Shown one piece after another: positions 18,714-28,412 of a stretch of 64,000 bases of DNA; position 1 is the first letter of the stretch; every line of letters begins with the position of its first letter. A model generated the notes under the pieces. The model saw nothing but the letters and a program-made list of their open reading frames with translations. It was not told the DNA's origin and searched no databases. The position numbers were made by a program, and so were the translations under genes. This DNA is from an uncultured Bacilli bacterium (GTDB lineage: Bacteria; Bacillota_I; Bacilli_A; RF39; UBA660): contig CAKOWQ010000001.1 of assembly GCA_934122395.1 (NCBI GenBank), forward strand, positions 125,602 to 189,601, given 5' to 3'.

Positions 18714-19988
18714 ATGAAAGTTGGAATATATACATTAGGTTGCAAAGTAAATGCCTATGAAAGTGAGTATGTTACAAATTTATTAAAAAAGAATAATTAT
18801 CAGATATGTGATTTTGAGGATATTTGTGATGTTTATATAATTAATACTTGCACTGTTACTAATACAAGTGATATTAAAAGTAGAAAAATAATAAGACAAG
18901 CTAAAAGAAGAAATCCTAATGCACTTGTTATTGCTATGGGATGTTTTATTCAAGCTAATCCTAATTTAGTTATGGATGATGTTGATATACTAATAGGTAA
19001 CAAGGATAAAAGTAGGATAATAGATTTTATAGAAAACTATTTTAAAGACAAAGAGAAAGTTAACGATGTTTATAGTGATTTAGGTAATACCTTTGAAGAT
19101 ATGTATATTGATACTTTTGCACCTCGTACTAGAGCATTTGTTAAAATTCAAGATGGATGTGAAAATTTCTGCAGTTATTGTATTATTCCTTATGTTAGAG
19201 GTAAATGCAGATCTAAAAATTTTGATGCTGTAATTACTGAAGTAAATGATCTAGTTAATAATGGATTCAAGGAAATAGTTTTAACAGGTATTCATACAGG
19301 TAATTATGGTAGAGATATTAATACTAATCTTTGCGAATTATTAAAGGAATTAGTTAAAATAAAAGATTTAAAAAGAATTAGAATATCTTCTATTGAGATT
19401 ACTGAACTAAACGATGAAATATTGGATGTAATAAAGAATAATGATGTTATAGTTAATCACTTACATATACCAATCCAAGCAGCAAGTGATAAAGTCCTTA
19501 AAATAATGAATAGAAAATATGATCTTAGATATTTTATGGATAAAATTAAGGTTATTAAGTCAATAAAAAAAGACATATCAATAACTACTGATATAATTGT
19601 AGGACATCCTTATGAAGATGATGAAAGTTTTAATAACAGTATTGATGTTATTAAAGAGATAGGCTTCTCTAAACTACATGTTTTTCCATATTCTAAAAGA
19701 GATGGAACAAAGGCGAGTCTCATGGAACAAGTTGATGACAAAACAAAAAAAGAACGAGCTAAGACATTGCTATTATTATCAAGACAATTAGAAATCGATT
19801 ATATGAAGAAATTTGTTGGTAGAGAAGTAGAAGTTTTAGTGGAAGTTGTAAAAGATGGTTATAGTATTGGACATACTACTAATTATTTACAAGTGAAAAT
19901 TGGCAAAGAATTAGAACATAACACTTTTATAAATGTCAAGATTGACAGCATTGAATACCCTTATTGTATGGCTAGTATACATAAATAA
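18714..19988 (+). CDS. mtaB: Radical-SAM tRNA methylthiotransferase (MtaB-like)
   Basis: N-terminus MKVGIYTLGCKVNAYESEY. CxxxCxxC radical-SAM motif (CENFCSYCIIPYVRG). 424 aa. Confidence 0.8.
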   Translation: MKVGIYTLGCKVNAYESEYVTNLLKKNNYQICDFEDICDVYIINTCTVTNTSDIKSRKIIRQAKRRNPNALVIAMGCFIQANPNLVMDDVDILIGNKDKSRIIDFIENYFKDKEKVNDVYSDLGNTFEDMYIDTFAPRTRAFVKIQDGCENFCSYCIIPYVRGKCRSKNFDAVITEVNDLVNNGFKEIVLTGIHTGNYGRDINTNLCELLKELVKIKDLKRIRISSIEITELNDEILDVIKNNDVIVNHLHIPIQAASDKVLKIMNRKYDLRYFMDKIKVIKSIKKDISITTDIIVGHPYEDDESFNNSIDVIKEIGFSKLHVFPYSKRDGTKASLMEQVDDKTKKERAKTLLLLSRQLEIDYMKKFVGREVEVLVEVVKDGYSIGHTTNYLQVKIGKELEHNTFINVKIDSIEYPYCMASIHK

Positions 19989-20078
19989 AATAAAAATGTG
20001 TAAAATAAGTGAAAAAGGTAGCAAAAAAATTAGGTATATGTGTTATACTTAGTACATAATACAAGGAGGTAATAATTA

Positions 20079-20603
20079 ATGAATAAGAAAACAATTATGG
20101 CAGTAGCATTATGCGGAATGTTAGCTGCTATGGCAGTTGTTTATGCGGCATTCCAAACTACATTAACGGTAACTGGTACAACAACTCAAAGTGGTAACTT
20201 TAGTTTGCAAATTCTTGCAGAAGCAGCATCAGTAACAGGAACTGCAGGGTTAACTGGCGGAACAGCTCCAACAGCAACATGTACAAATACATCTGGATCT
20301 ACTACAGGAACTATGGCAGCAAAACTATATCAACCAGGAGATACTGTAACATGTTCTTATAAAGTAAAGAATGCTGGAACACTAAAAGCAAAAGCAAATG
20401 GAAATTATAGTTGTAGTCCATCATCACTTGCTAGTCCATTCTCTAGTTCAGTAACATGGAAGAAATCAGCACTAGCTAAAGGAGCTACAAGTGCTGCAGG
20501 AGAAATTACTATGACAATTACATACTTATCAAGTATAACTAGTCAACCAAGTACAACTAGTGCAAGTATTACATGTAATTTCCCATATACACAAGATATT
20601 TAA
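20079..20603 (+). CDS. Small secreted TasA/camelysin-like Thr/Ser/Ala-rich protein (short paralog A)
   Basis: Strong RBS AAGGAGG. Signal …AMAVVYAAF|QTTLTVTGT (AAF motif as in TasA WAAFND). Core LYQPGDTVTCSYKVKNAGTLKA. Confidence 0.55.
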   Translation: MNKKTIMAVALCGMLAAMAVVYAAFQTTLTVTGTTTQSGNFSLQILAEAASVTGTAGLTGGTAPTATCTNTSGSTTGTMAAKLYQPGDTVTCSYKVKNAGTLKAKANGNYSCSPSSLASPFSSSVTWKKSALAKGATSAAGEITMTITYLSSITSQPSTTSASITCNFPYTQDI

Positions 20604-20615
20604 TAGGAGGATATA

Positions 20616-21221
20616 ATGAAAGATAAAAAGGTATTATTAATATTAGTTTGTACTGCTGTATTAGTTCTAATGAGCGTAGCATTTGCAGCATTTAATCAAA
20701 CATTAAAAATAAATGGTACTGGTACTATTTCATCAACTTGGAAAGTTGAATTAGATACTGATACTGCTAATACTAAATGTACTGTATCAAGTAAGGATAG
20801 TGCTAATCCCACTACGTGTAACGTTACAGCGTTAAGCACTTCTGCATTAACTGCTAATATCAGTTGGGCTTCACCAGGGGACTCTGCTACAATCACTGCA
20901 AGAGTTAAAAATGGTGGTACACTTAATGCTAATGCTAGCATGTCTGCTAAGATAGGATTAACTAGTGCTGCTTCTTCTGCTTGTACAAATACTACAGCAA
21001 CAGCAAATTATACACAATATGCTGCTGATGGTAAAACTACTAGTGGAACAGCTAAAACTTTAACTGCAACAGCTCAAACAATTGGACCAATGAAAATATT
21101 AACACATGCAACATATAATTATGGTATTTATACAATTGTTATTACATATAATGCATCATCAACTGGAGCAGCTGGCGCATGTACATTCACAGGTACTGTT
21201 ACTGCAACACAAGCAGCTTAA
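20616..21221 (+). CDS. Small secreted TasA/camelysin-like Thr/Ser/Ala-rich protein (short paralog B)
   Basis: RBS AGGAGG. Signal …MSVAFAAF|NQTLKINGTGTISSTWKV. Core ISWASPGDSATITARVKNGGTLNA. Many N-x-S/T sequons. Confidence 0.55.
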   Translation: MKDKKVLLILVCTAVLVLMSVAFAAFNQTLKINGTGTISSTWKVELDTDTANTKCTVSSKDSANPTTCNVTALSTSALTANISWASPGDSATITARVKNGGTLNANASMSAKIGLTSAASSACTNTTATANYTQYAADGKTTSGTAKTLTATAQTIGPMKILTHATYNYGIYTIVITYNASSTGAAGACTFTGTVTATQAA

Positions 21222-21236
21222 TAAATAATATATGTT

Positions 21237-21267
21237 TTAAAAAGAGATATTAATACAATATCTCTTT
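21237..21267. terminator. Bidirectional intrinsic terminator
   Basis: aaaagagatatt-aataca-atatctctttt followed by T8, between convergent genes. Confidence 0.65.
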
Positions 21268-22542
21268 TATTTTTTTATAATTATATAGTGTTATAAATAT
21301 TGTACTTATACTAATACCTAATATAAGGCCCCATATTCCTATTTTAAAGGCCGAAAAGGTTAATAATGATATAATTCTTATACTCATGCCAATAATCGTT
21401 GTATTCATGTTTATTTTGCTTTTTCCCATGGCATCTAAACTTGATGCTAGAGGAGACTGTATATATTGAATTAAACATACTGGAGCAAGGAATCTGATAT
21501 ATGAAATTCCAAGATTAGTATTATATATTAGTTTTAGTGGAAAATTTGGAATAATTTCAAAGATTAAAGTAATGGGTATACCTATTAAAAGAGAGAAAAA
21601 TATTGCTTGTTTTACTTTTCTTATTATATATTTTTTATCATTATTAGCATATGCTTTACTTACTACTGGTAATAATGCTTGGGAGATAGCTCCAGTAAAA
21701 AAAGAAGGAAGCAATAATAACGGTAATACATAACCACTAACGATACCATATTCTCTTACAATAAAACTGTTTGAGTATCCAACTTTTAAAAGAACAAAAG
21801 TTAGTATTATTGGTTCTAGAAAATAACCAATTGATCCTATTATCCTACTGCCGGTAGTAGGAAGTGAAATATTTAATACTGCTTTTAAGTTTAATGGATC
21901 TGGAATTATATCTTTTTTTCTTAGTTTGAACTTTTTAGGCAGAAAGAAAAATAATACTAGAGAAGAACAAAGTTCACTTATTACATTAACTAAAATTAAG
22001 CCTGATACTGCATATACTAAGCTTTTATTTAATAGAGTAGGGATAGTAATAGTAATCAAAATTAATCTTGTTATCTGCTCTGTAATATTTGATACAACAT
22101 GAGGAATCATCTTTTGTTTTCCAAAAAAATAACCTCTTAATATACTTGATAAAGTATCAAAAGGTAACACTAGACCGATAGCTAAAATAGGGTAATAACA
22201 CCTAGGATCTTTTAATAAGTTGTTTGCAAGAATAGGAGATATTAGGATAATTACAAACATTAATATAATATTTAGTATTAGAGAAAATGGTATTATTGAA
22301 AAGACAATACTTTTATTATTATAATTATCCTCTGATACTAGCTTACTAATAGCAACAGGAAATCCTAGTTGTGAAATAGTCATAAAAAGAGCAAAAGTGG
22401 GAAAAATTAACATATATAAACCTATTCCTTCTACTCCTACTATTCTAGTCATAATTATTTTAATAATCATTCCTAATATTTTAGTTAGTAAGCCGCCTAT
22501 CATTAATATAATTGTTGATATTAAAAACTTTTCCTTTTTCAT
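21250..22542 (-). CDS. MOP-superfamily oligosaccharide flippase (SpoVB / polysaccharide biosynthesis protein family)
   Basis: 430-aa polytopic membrane protein. N-terminus MKKEKFLISTIILMIGGLLTKILGMIIKIIMTRIVGVEGIGLY is typical of the SpoVB/Wzx/MurJ-like family. Confidence 0.65.
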   Translation of the reverse strand: MKKEKFLISTIILMIGGLLTKILGMIIKIIMTRIVGVEGIGLYMLIFPTFALFMTISQLGFPVAISKLVSEDNYNNKSIVFSIIPFSLILNIILMFVIILISPILANNLLKDPRCYYPILAIGLVLPFDTLSSILRGYFFGKQKMIPHVVSNITEQITRLILITITIPTLLNKSLVYAVSGLILVNVISELCSSLVLFFFLPKKFKLRKKDIIPDPLNLKAVLNISLPTTGSRIIGSIGYFLEPIILTFVLLKVGYSNSFIVREYGIVSGYVLPLLLLPSFFTGAISQALLPVVSKAYANNDKKYIIRKVKQAIFFSLLIGIPITLIFEIIPNFPLKLIYNTNLGISYIRFLAPVCLIQYIQSPLASSLDAMGKSKINMNTTIIGMSIRIISLLTFSAFKIGIWGLILGISISTIFITLYNYKKIKEILY

Positions 22543-22616
22543 ATCTTAAATATATGTACAGAAAAACAGATATATCACTATATCTGTTTTAATACTTTTT
22601 AATAAAATTTATTACA

Positions 22617-22703
22617 TGTAAAGAATTCCTGCAATAAAAGATAAAATCATTACTATTAATAATACTATTGATACAACTTTAATAGTCTTTTTACTCATAT
22701 TAA
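22617..22703 (-). CDS. Small hydrophobic peptide (28 aa), speculative
   Basis: MSKKTIKVVSIVLLIVMILSFIAGILYM. Followed on the minus strand by an intrinsic terminator hairpin (acagatata…tatatctgt + T5) immediately upstream of the flippase gene. Confidence 0.25.
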
Positions 22704-22765
22704 CACCTCAATATAGATTATATCATAATAGTATCAAATTAGTAATATTTTTTATAGTTATTAAT

Positions 22766-23416
22766 ATGATTTTATTGGGTGAGATAATGAATTTAGGAAT
22801 TAAACGTACTAAGAATAATATAATGAAACAAAAAAAGCTATATCTATTTTTAATTGGATTAGTAATAGTTGGTATTATAGCAGGAATCTTATTTTGGTTT
22901 GTAATTAATAATGAAGACAAGCTATTGGTAACTAAAAATTTAAATAATTTTTTTGAATGTATAAAAAAAGGAAATGCAATTAATTATTGGGGGTCTTTAT
23001 TTAATTCATTAGTTACAGGCTTAATATATATAGTATTAATATGGTTATTGGGTATTTCAATTGTTGGCTTACCAATAATCTTGATTATTATAACAATTAA
23101 AAGTTTTATTGTAGGTTTTTCTATATCATCTATAATAGCTAGTTATGGATTTAAAGGAATATTAGGAGCTTTTGTATATACTTTTCCTCATCAAATAATA
23201 TTCTTATTGTTATTAATACTACTTGGCTTTTATTCATCATCTTTTTGCTTTAAGTTATTTAAATATTTATTTTTAAAGCAAGCTATTAATTTTAAAGATG
23301 CAATGCGTAAGTATTTTAAAATTTTGATTATTTCTTTAATCGTTGTATTGTTAACTTCTATATATGAAACGTTTATCGCAACTTATTTTATAAAGCTATT
23401 TACTTTATTAATTTAA
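22766..23416 (+). CDS. spoIIM: SpoIIM-like integral membrane protein
   Basis: About 200 aa with five TM segments, SpoIIM-like size and topology. The true start is probably internal, at MNLGIKR or MKQKKLY. Confidence 0.45.
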   Translation: MILLGEIMNLGIKRTKNNIMKQKKLYLFLIGLVIVGIIAGILFWFVINNEDKLLVTKNLNNFFECIKKGNAINYWGSLFNSLVTGLIYIVLIWLLGISIVGLPIILIIITIKSFIVGFSISSIIASYGFKGILGAFVYTFPHQIIFLLLLILLGFYSSSFCFKLFKYLFLKQAINFKDAMRKYFKILIISLIVVLLTSIYETFIATYFIKLFTLLI

Positions 23417-23473
23417 GTGTTTTTCTTTTAATTTTTTTTAAAATAATATATAATATGTTCGTGGTGAAGTTAT

Positions 23474-24583
23474 ATGAGTAAAAAAGTAGTAATAGGGATG
23501 AGTGGTGGAGTTGATTCTTCCGTTGCAGCAATATTATTAAAGGAACAAGGTTATGATGTAATAGGGCTATTTATGCGTAACTGGGATAGTTCGGTTAATA
23601 ATGATTATTTAGGTAATCCTGATCTTTTGGGTGACATATGTCCACAGGAAAGAGATTATAATGATGCAATTAAAGTGTGTGAAAAAATAGGTATTCCACT
23701 ACATAGAATAGACTTTGTTAAAGAATATTGGGACTATGTATTTACTTACTTTTTAGATGAGCTAAAAAAAGGTAGAACGCCTAATCCTGATATTATGTGT
23801 AATAAATATATTAAATTTGATTATTTCATTAGAGAAGCTAAAAGATTAGGGGCAGATTATATTGCAACAGGTCATTATGCTAAAATGAAAGATGGATATT
23901 TATGTAGAAGTAAAGATACTAATAAGGATCAAACTTATTTCTTATCTCAGCTTAACAAAGAACAATTAGAAAATGTTATTTTCCCTTTAGGAGATATTGA
24001 TAAGACTGAAGTACGTGAGATTGCTAAAAAATATGGATTAGTAACTGCTACTAAAAAAGATTCAACTGGTATTTGTTTTATAGGAGAACGAAATTTTAAA
24101 GAATTTCTAAAGAATTATTTACCTAATCAAAAAGGTAAAATAGTAAATATTGATACTAAAGAGGTTGTTGGTGAACATATTGGTCTTATGTATTATACAA
24201 TTGGTCAAAGACGTGGACTTGATATAGGTGGTAATGATGAAAGATTATTTGTAGTTGGTAAAAATCTTAAAGATAATATTTTATATGTTGCATTAGGCGA
24301 TGATAATGAATATTTGTATTCAGATAGCTGTATCATAGATAATATTAATTTTAATTGCTCTTTAAGACCTCAAAAATGTACTGCTAAATTTAGATATAGA
24401 GCAAGTGACTATCCAGTTAGTTTAGAATATATTAATGATAACGAAATATTAGTTAAATATGATCATATAAAATCAGTTACTCCAGGACAAGCGTGTGTTT
24501 TATATATGGATGAAAAGTGCATAGGTGGAGGAATCATTAAAGAAGTTAGAAAAAATAACGAAAAATTGTGGTACTTATTGTAA
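23474..24583 (+). CDS. mnmA: tRNA-specific 2-thiouridylase MnmA
   Basis: PP-loop VVIGMSGGVDSSVAA. 369 aa. Confidence 0.92.
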   Translation: MSKKVVIGMSGGVDSSVAAILLKEQGYDVIGLFMRNWDSSVNNDYLGNPDLLGDICPQERDYNDAIKVCEKIGIPLHRIDFVKEYWDYVFTYFLDELKKGRTPNPDIMCNKYIKFDYFIREAKRLGADYIATGHYAKMKDGYLCRSKDTNKDQTYFLSQLNKEQLENVIFPLGDIDKTEVREIAKKYGLVTATKKDSTGICFIGERNFKEFLKNYLPNQKGKIVNIDTKEVVGEHIGLMYYTIGQRRGLDIGGNDERLFVVGKNLKDNILYVALGDDNEYLYSDSCIIDNINFNCSLRPQKCTAKFRYRASDYPVSLEYINDNEILVKYDHIKSVTPGQACVLYMDEKCIGGGIIKEVRKNNEKLWYLL

Positions 24584-24585
24584 TA

Positions 24586-24615
24586 TTTAGAACTAGTAAT
24601 AGTTCTTTTTATTTT
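24586..24615 (+). terminator. Intrinsic terminator
   Basis: agaactagtaatagttct hairpin followed by a T run. Confidence 0.6.
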
Positions 24616-24644
24616 GTGTTATAATTATTTTAGGAGAAAATGAT

Positions 24645-25730
24645 ATGAATGATAGACAAACAGTATTAGAAATTAATATAGAAAATTTTAAACACAATAT
24701 AAAAGAAGTAAAGAAGTTAGTTGGTTCGAAAGAAATAATGTATGTAATGAAAGCAAATGCTTATGGTACTTATTTAAATAAAAATATTGATGTAATAAAA
24801 GATTTTAGAATAATTGGTGTTGCAATAGTTAAAGAAGCAATAGAATTAAGACGTCTTGGTTTTAAAGGTGAAATATTCCTATTAAATCAACCATACATAG
24901 AAGATATAGAAAATATTATTAAATATGATGTAACTGTAGGTGTTGCTGATTATTGCTTTATTAAGGAACTTTGTAAGAATAATAATAAGTTTAGAGTACA
25001 CCTTGAAATCGAAACGGGAATGGGTAGAACGGGCATTAATATTAATGAGTTAGATAAAGTACTAGATTTATTAAAAGAATCATCAAATATTACTGTTGAA
25101 GGAATATATACTCATTTAGCAGTAGCTGATAGTGATTTATCTTTTACTTTGCAACAAATGGATATATTTAAGAATGCTGTATCAAAAATTAAGCTAGTTT
25201 TTCCTAATATAAAATATATTCATGCTGAAGCATCTAATGGAATTCAAAACATAAACGATAGTTTTTGTAATCTAGTACGTCCAGGGATGATTTTGTATGG
25301 TTATAATACAACTAATAGACCTAAATATAAACTCGATTTAAAGCCAGTAGCTGTTTTAAAAAGTAAGATTTCTTTTGTTAAAGAAGTACCTATTAATACA
25401 AGTATTAGTTATGGTAGAACTTTTATAACTAAAAGAGAAAGTAAAATTGCTACAGTTGGTATTGGATATGCCGATGGTATTAGAAGAATTTTATCAAATA
25501 ATGGTAGAGTTGTTGTTAATAATAAAGTTGCTAATATAGTAGGTACAATATGTATGGATTCATTTATGATAGATGTAACTGATGTTGATAATGTTAAATG
25601 TGGTGATGAAGTATATATATGGGATAATAATTTAATTACACTAGATGAAATAGCTTCAAATTCTAATACTATTAATTATGAAATTTTATCTACTATTTCT
25701 AATAGAGTACCAAGAAAATTTATTGACTAA
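24645..25730 (+). CDS. alr: Alanine racemase
   Basis: 361 aa. PLP-lysine region VMKANAYG and racemase C-terminal domain. Confidence 0.85.
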   Translation: MNDRQTVLEINIENFKHNIKEVKKLVGSKEIMYVMKANAYGTYLNKNIDVIKDFRIIGVAIVKEAIELRRLGFKGEIFLLNQPYIEDIENIIKYDVTVGVADYCFIKELCKNNNKFRVHLEIETGMGRTGININELDKVLDLLKESSNITVEGIYTHLAVADSDLSFTLQQMDIFKNAVSKIKLVFPNIKYIHAEASNGIQNINDSFCNLVRPGMILYGYNTTNRPKYKLDLKPVAVLKSKISFVKEVPINTSISYGRTFITKRESKIATVGIGYADGIRRILSNNGRVVVNNKVANIVGTICMDSFMIDVTDVDNVKCGDEVYIWDNNLITLDEIASNSNTINYEILSTISNRVPRKFID

Positions 25731-25837
25731 TATTTAATTTTACCATAGTTTTACATTAATTAAATGACTAATTATTGTAAGTTTACACTTGACAATGTCA
25801 ACAACTATGATAAAATTATTATTGGAGGGTAGGTAAT

Positions 25838-26605
25838 ATGGATAAGTTAAATAACTTACTAAATGAATTAGGGGTTTCAAAGGTTAGATTAGCTAAATAT
25901 TTAGGAGTATCTAGACAAATGTTATATAATTATTTAGCATTAAATTCATTAAGCGATTGGCCAAAGGAAAAGGCAACTAAATTAATGAGTTTATTAAATA
26001 TTAAAGATGAAGATGAATTAAAATCTATTACGGTAGATGGCAATTATATAATTGATGTTGAAGGAAGATTAAATGAAGGTGTTAAGGATTCTTCAGAACG
26101 TGAAGTATTAGCTGATTTAAAAGGATTTAATAAGAAAGAACAAGAATTATTAACTGATATAATTAATTTATTAAAAGAAAAATTACAAGAAGATACAACA
26201 AGAGATACATATAATGCTTATGTTTATTTATATCATTATTTACAATCTATGGAGACTTCTAAAGAATTAAAATATATACTTGCTTATATGTCAAAATCAA
26301 TGGGATTTACTGATCCAATGGAATTTGTATTTAATCCTGATCAACAATTTATTTTTGAGAGTATATTGTTCTCTGGATTAACATTATATAATAATGGTAG
26401 TGCTTCTAAAGTTAAACTAGCAGAATCTCATAAGAGATTTGTTCAAGATATTGAACATAAAAATGAAGAAAAGTTAAGTAGAACTCAAGAATTAAATACA
26501 GCAAAGGTACAAGCTTTAAGAGAACTTGGCTATACTGAAATAAATGAAGAAAATGCTAAAGAAGTATTAGAAAAAATTGCAGAAATTCAATCTAGAAAAG
26601 TATAG
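25838..26605 (+). CDS. HTH (XRE-like) domain protein
   Basis: N-terminus LGVSKVRLAKYLGVSRQMLYNY is helix-turn-helix-like. The rest is unassigned. Confidence 0.5.
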   Translation: MDKLNNLLNELGVSKVRLAKYLGVSRQMLYNYLALNSLSDWPKEKATKLMSLLNIKDEDELKSITVDGNYIIDVEGRLNEGVKDSSEREVLADLKGFNKKEQELLTDIINLLKEKLQEDTTRDTYNAYVYLYHYLQSMETSKELKYILAYMSKSMGFTDPMEFVFNPDQQFIFESILFSGLTLYNNGSASKVKLAESHKRFVQDIEHKNEEKLSRTQELNTAKVQALRELGYTEINEENAKEVLEKIAEIQSRKV

Positions 26606-26690
26606 TTGTTGCAAATTATATTTTTTATGATAAAATAAGGTTAATTTAAGTTATGTTCAATTAGAATATAGCTTTTTTTTGTGAAACGGA

Positions 26691-27500
26691 GTGATTAAAT
26701 TGAAAGTAGCTGAAGAGATAAAAATTTGGATTAAACTATTAAAAGAGAATATTGGGTGGATAACTGCTACGGTTGCTGCTTTTGTTGCCGTTAGTGCTTT
26801 CCTATTAAATATTTGTAGTTATATCAAATACAGTTCTTTATCTTCGTATTACGGAACGAGCATAGAATTTTTTACTTACGATTACTGGTATTATGTTTAT
26901 ACAATTGTTTTGCTAACTTTGATTATCTTGGCAGTGTTAGCTTGGTTTTTTTCTTTCAATGATTTATTTGGATCACTTTTTTTGAAGAAAAGTAAAAAGT
27001 ATATAATAAGTAATGCTGTAATTATTATATCTTCTTATGTAATGTTATTTTTAATTTTAAAATTAATATTTGGAATAATTCAATCTCTAATTTTAACAAC
27101 ATTAATTCAATTGTTTTCTTATGCCATAGTAAATTTTATATACAAAAAATTTTCTGATATTGATAAAACTAGTAATGATGCTGATTATAATCCATATATA
27201 GAAGCCAAACATTATTTTAAAAAAATACCATTTTACTTTATAATGATAATCATTTTAACTGTAGTGATTAACATGTCGGAATATGTTGCTGAGAAAGAAT
27301 ATAAAATAGTCAATACTGAGAATGATAGTTGTCAAGCTATAGTTTATACTACTAAGGACTATTATTTAACGTTGGATTGTGAAATTGAAGATAAGAAGTT
27401 AACTTTATATAAAGGAACTGAAACTAAAATAGCTACAGATAATGTTAAAACAAAACAAATAACGTTTGATAATGTACACATTAAATTAAATAACGATTAA
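26691..27500 (+). CDS. Hypothetical polytopic membrane protein
   Basis: Several TM segments. No family recognised. Confidence 0.4.
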   Translation: MIKLKVAEEIKIWIKLLKENIGWITATVAAFVAVSAFLLNICSYIKYSSLSSYYGTSIEFFTYDYWYYVYTIVLLTLIILAVLAWFFSFNDLFGSLFLKKSKKYIISNAVIIISSYVMLFLILKLIFGIIQSLILTTLIQLFSYAIVNFIYKKFSDIDKTSNDADYNPYIEAKHYFKKIPFYFIMIIILTVVINMSEYVAEKEYKIVNTENDSCQAIVYTTKDYYLTLDCEIEDKKLTLYKGTETKIATDNVKTKQITFDNVHIKLNND

Positions 27501-27501
27501 A

Positions 27502-27540
27502 AAAGAGAAGGGGAACTAATATTAAACCTTTCTCTTTTTT
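27502..27540 (+). terminator. Intrinsic terminator
   Basis: aaaagagaagg…cctttctctttttt. Confidence 0.5.
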
Positions 27541-27768
27541 AGTTTTCTAAGTGTACTACGAATTAAATGTATATTATTGATTAGTAAACAATAAGTTAAT
27601 TATTTATTTAGTTAGAATAATAAGTGATATGTTTTATTAGATAAAGTTACATCAAACTTGATATTATAAAACGCAAAATACATTAATTTAATAAGAATTA
27701 AAATAATCAAATTTTATTATTAATAAATGAAAGTATTATTAATTATTGAATTTTTATTTGTTTTTATA

Positions 27769-27796
27769 ACTTCCGATAATTTATATTATGTTGACT
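27769..27796. other. dif: Candidate dif (XerC/XerD chromosome-dimer resolution) site
   Basis: ACTTCCGATAATTTATATTATGTTGACT matches the Bacillus dif ACTTCCTAGAATATATATTATGTAAACT at 23/28 positions. It lies in a 700-bp gene-free AT-rich region 1.8 kb from xerD. Confidence 0.45.
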
Positions 27797-28197
27797 TCTT
27801 ATAATATTGCTTTTAAGTGACTAGTTTTATATTACTTACTACTATGCTTATTTATATATGTATTCTTACTCTTATTTAAGAAATATATAATATTATTATT
27901 TATTATTAATACTATTATATAATATATTTATTGTAATTAAAATCTGTTTTTATAAATTATTTATTTAAATGCAATTTAATTAATTTATATATTATATATT
28001 ATTTGATATTTCATTGTTTAGACTCAATTATTATTTATTCATAATCGTTAATGAGATGGATAATTACCTTACTTTTTAATTCTCATTTCGTTTTAGAACG
28101 CATAATTTTTAAGTATGTTTCCCCTACTTTAAATTAATAAAATGTAATAGGGGAATAATTAATAAAAAAATGGGAAAAGTAATAGTGGAGGTAAATT

Positions 28198-28383
28198 ATG
28201 AAAAAGAATCAAAAAATTAACTGTAATGTTGAATCATGTGAATACAATGATTGTAATTGTCATGAATGTAATTTAAAAGAAATAGAAATTTCATGTGATT
28301 GTGGTTGTAATAATGATGACGTTAAACATCAAAGTGAAACAATATGTTCAAATTTTAAAGCAAATAAAAAGCAAGATAATTAA
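28198..28383 (+). CDS. Small Cys-rich protein, DUF1540-like
   Basis: 61 aa. RBS GGAGG. CNVESCEYNDCNCHECNLKEIEISCDCGC pattern. Confidence 0.5.
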   Translation: MKKNQKINCNVESCEYNDCNCHECNLKEIEISCDCGCNNDDVKHQSETICSNFKANKKQDN

Positions 28384-28412
28384 TCTTGTTTTTTTTGTTA
28401 TACTCTCCTACT

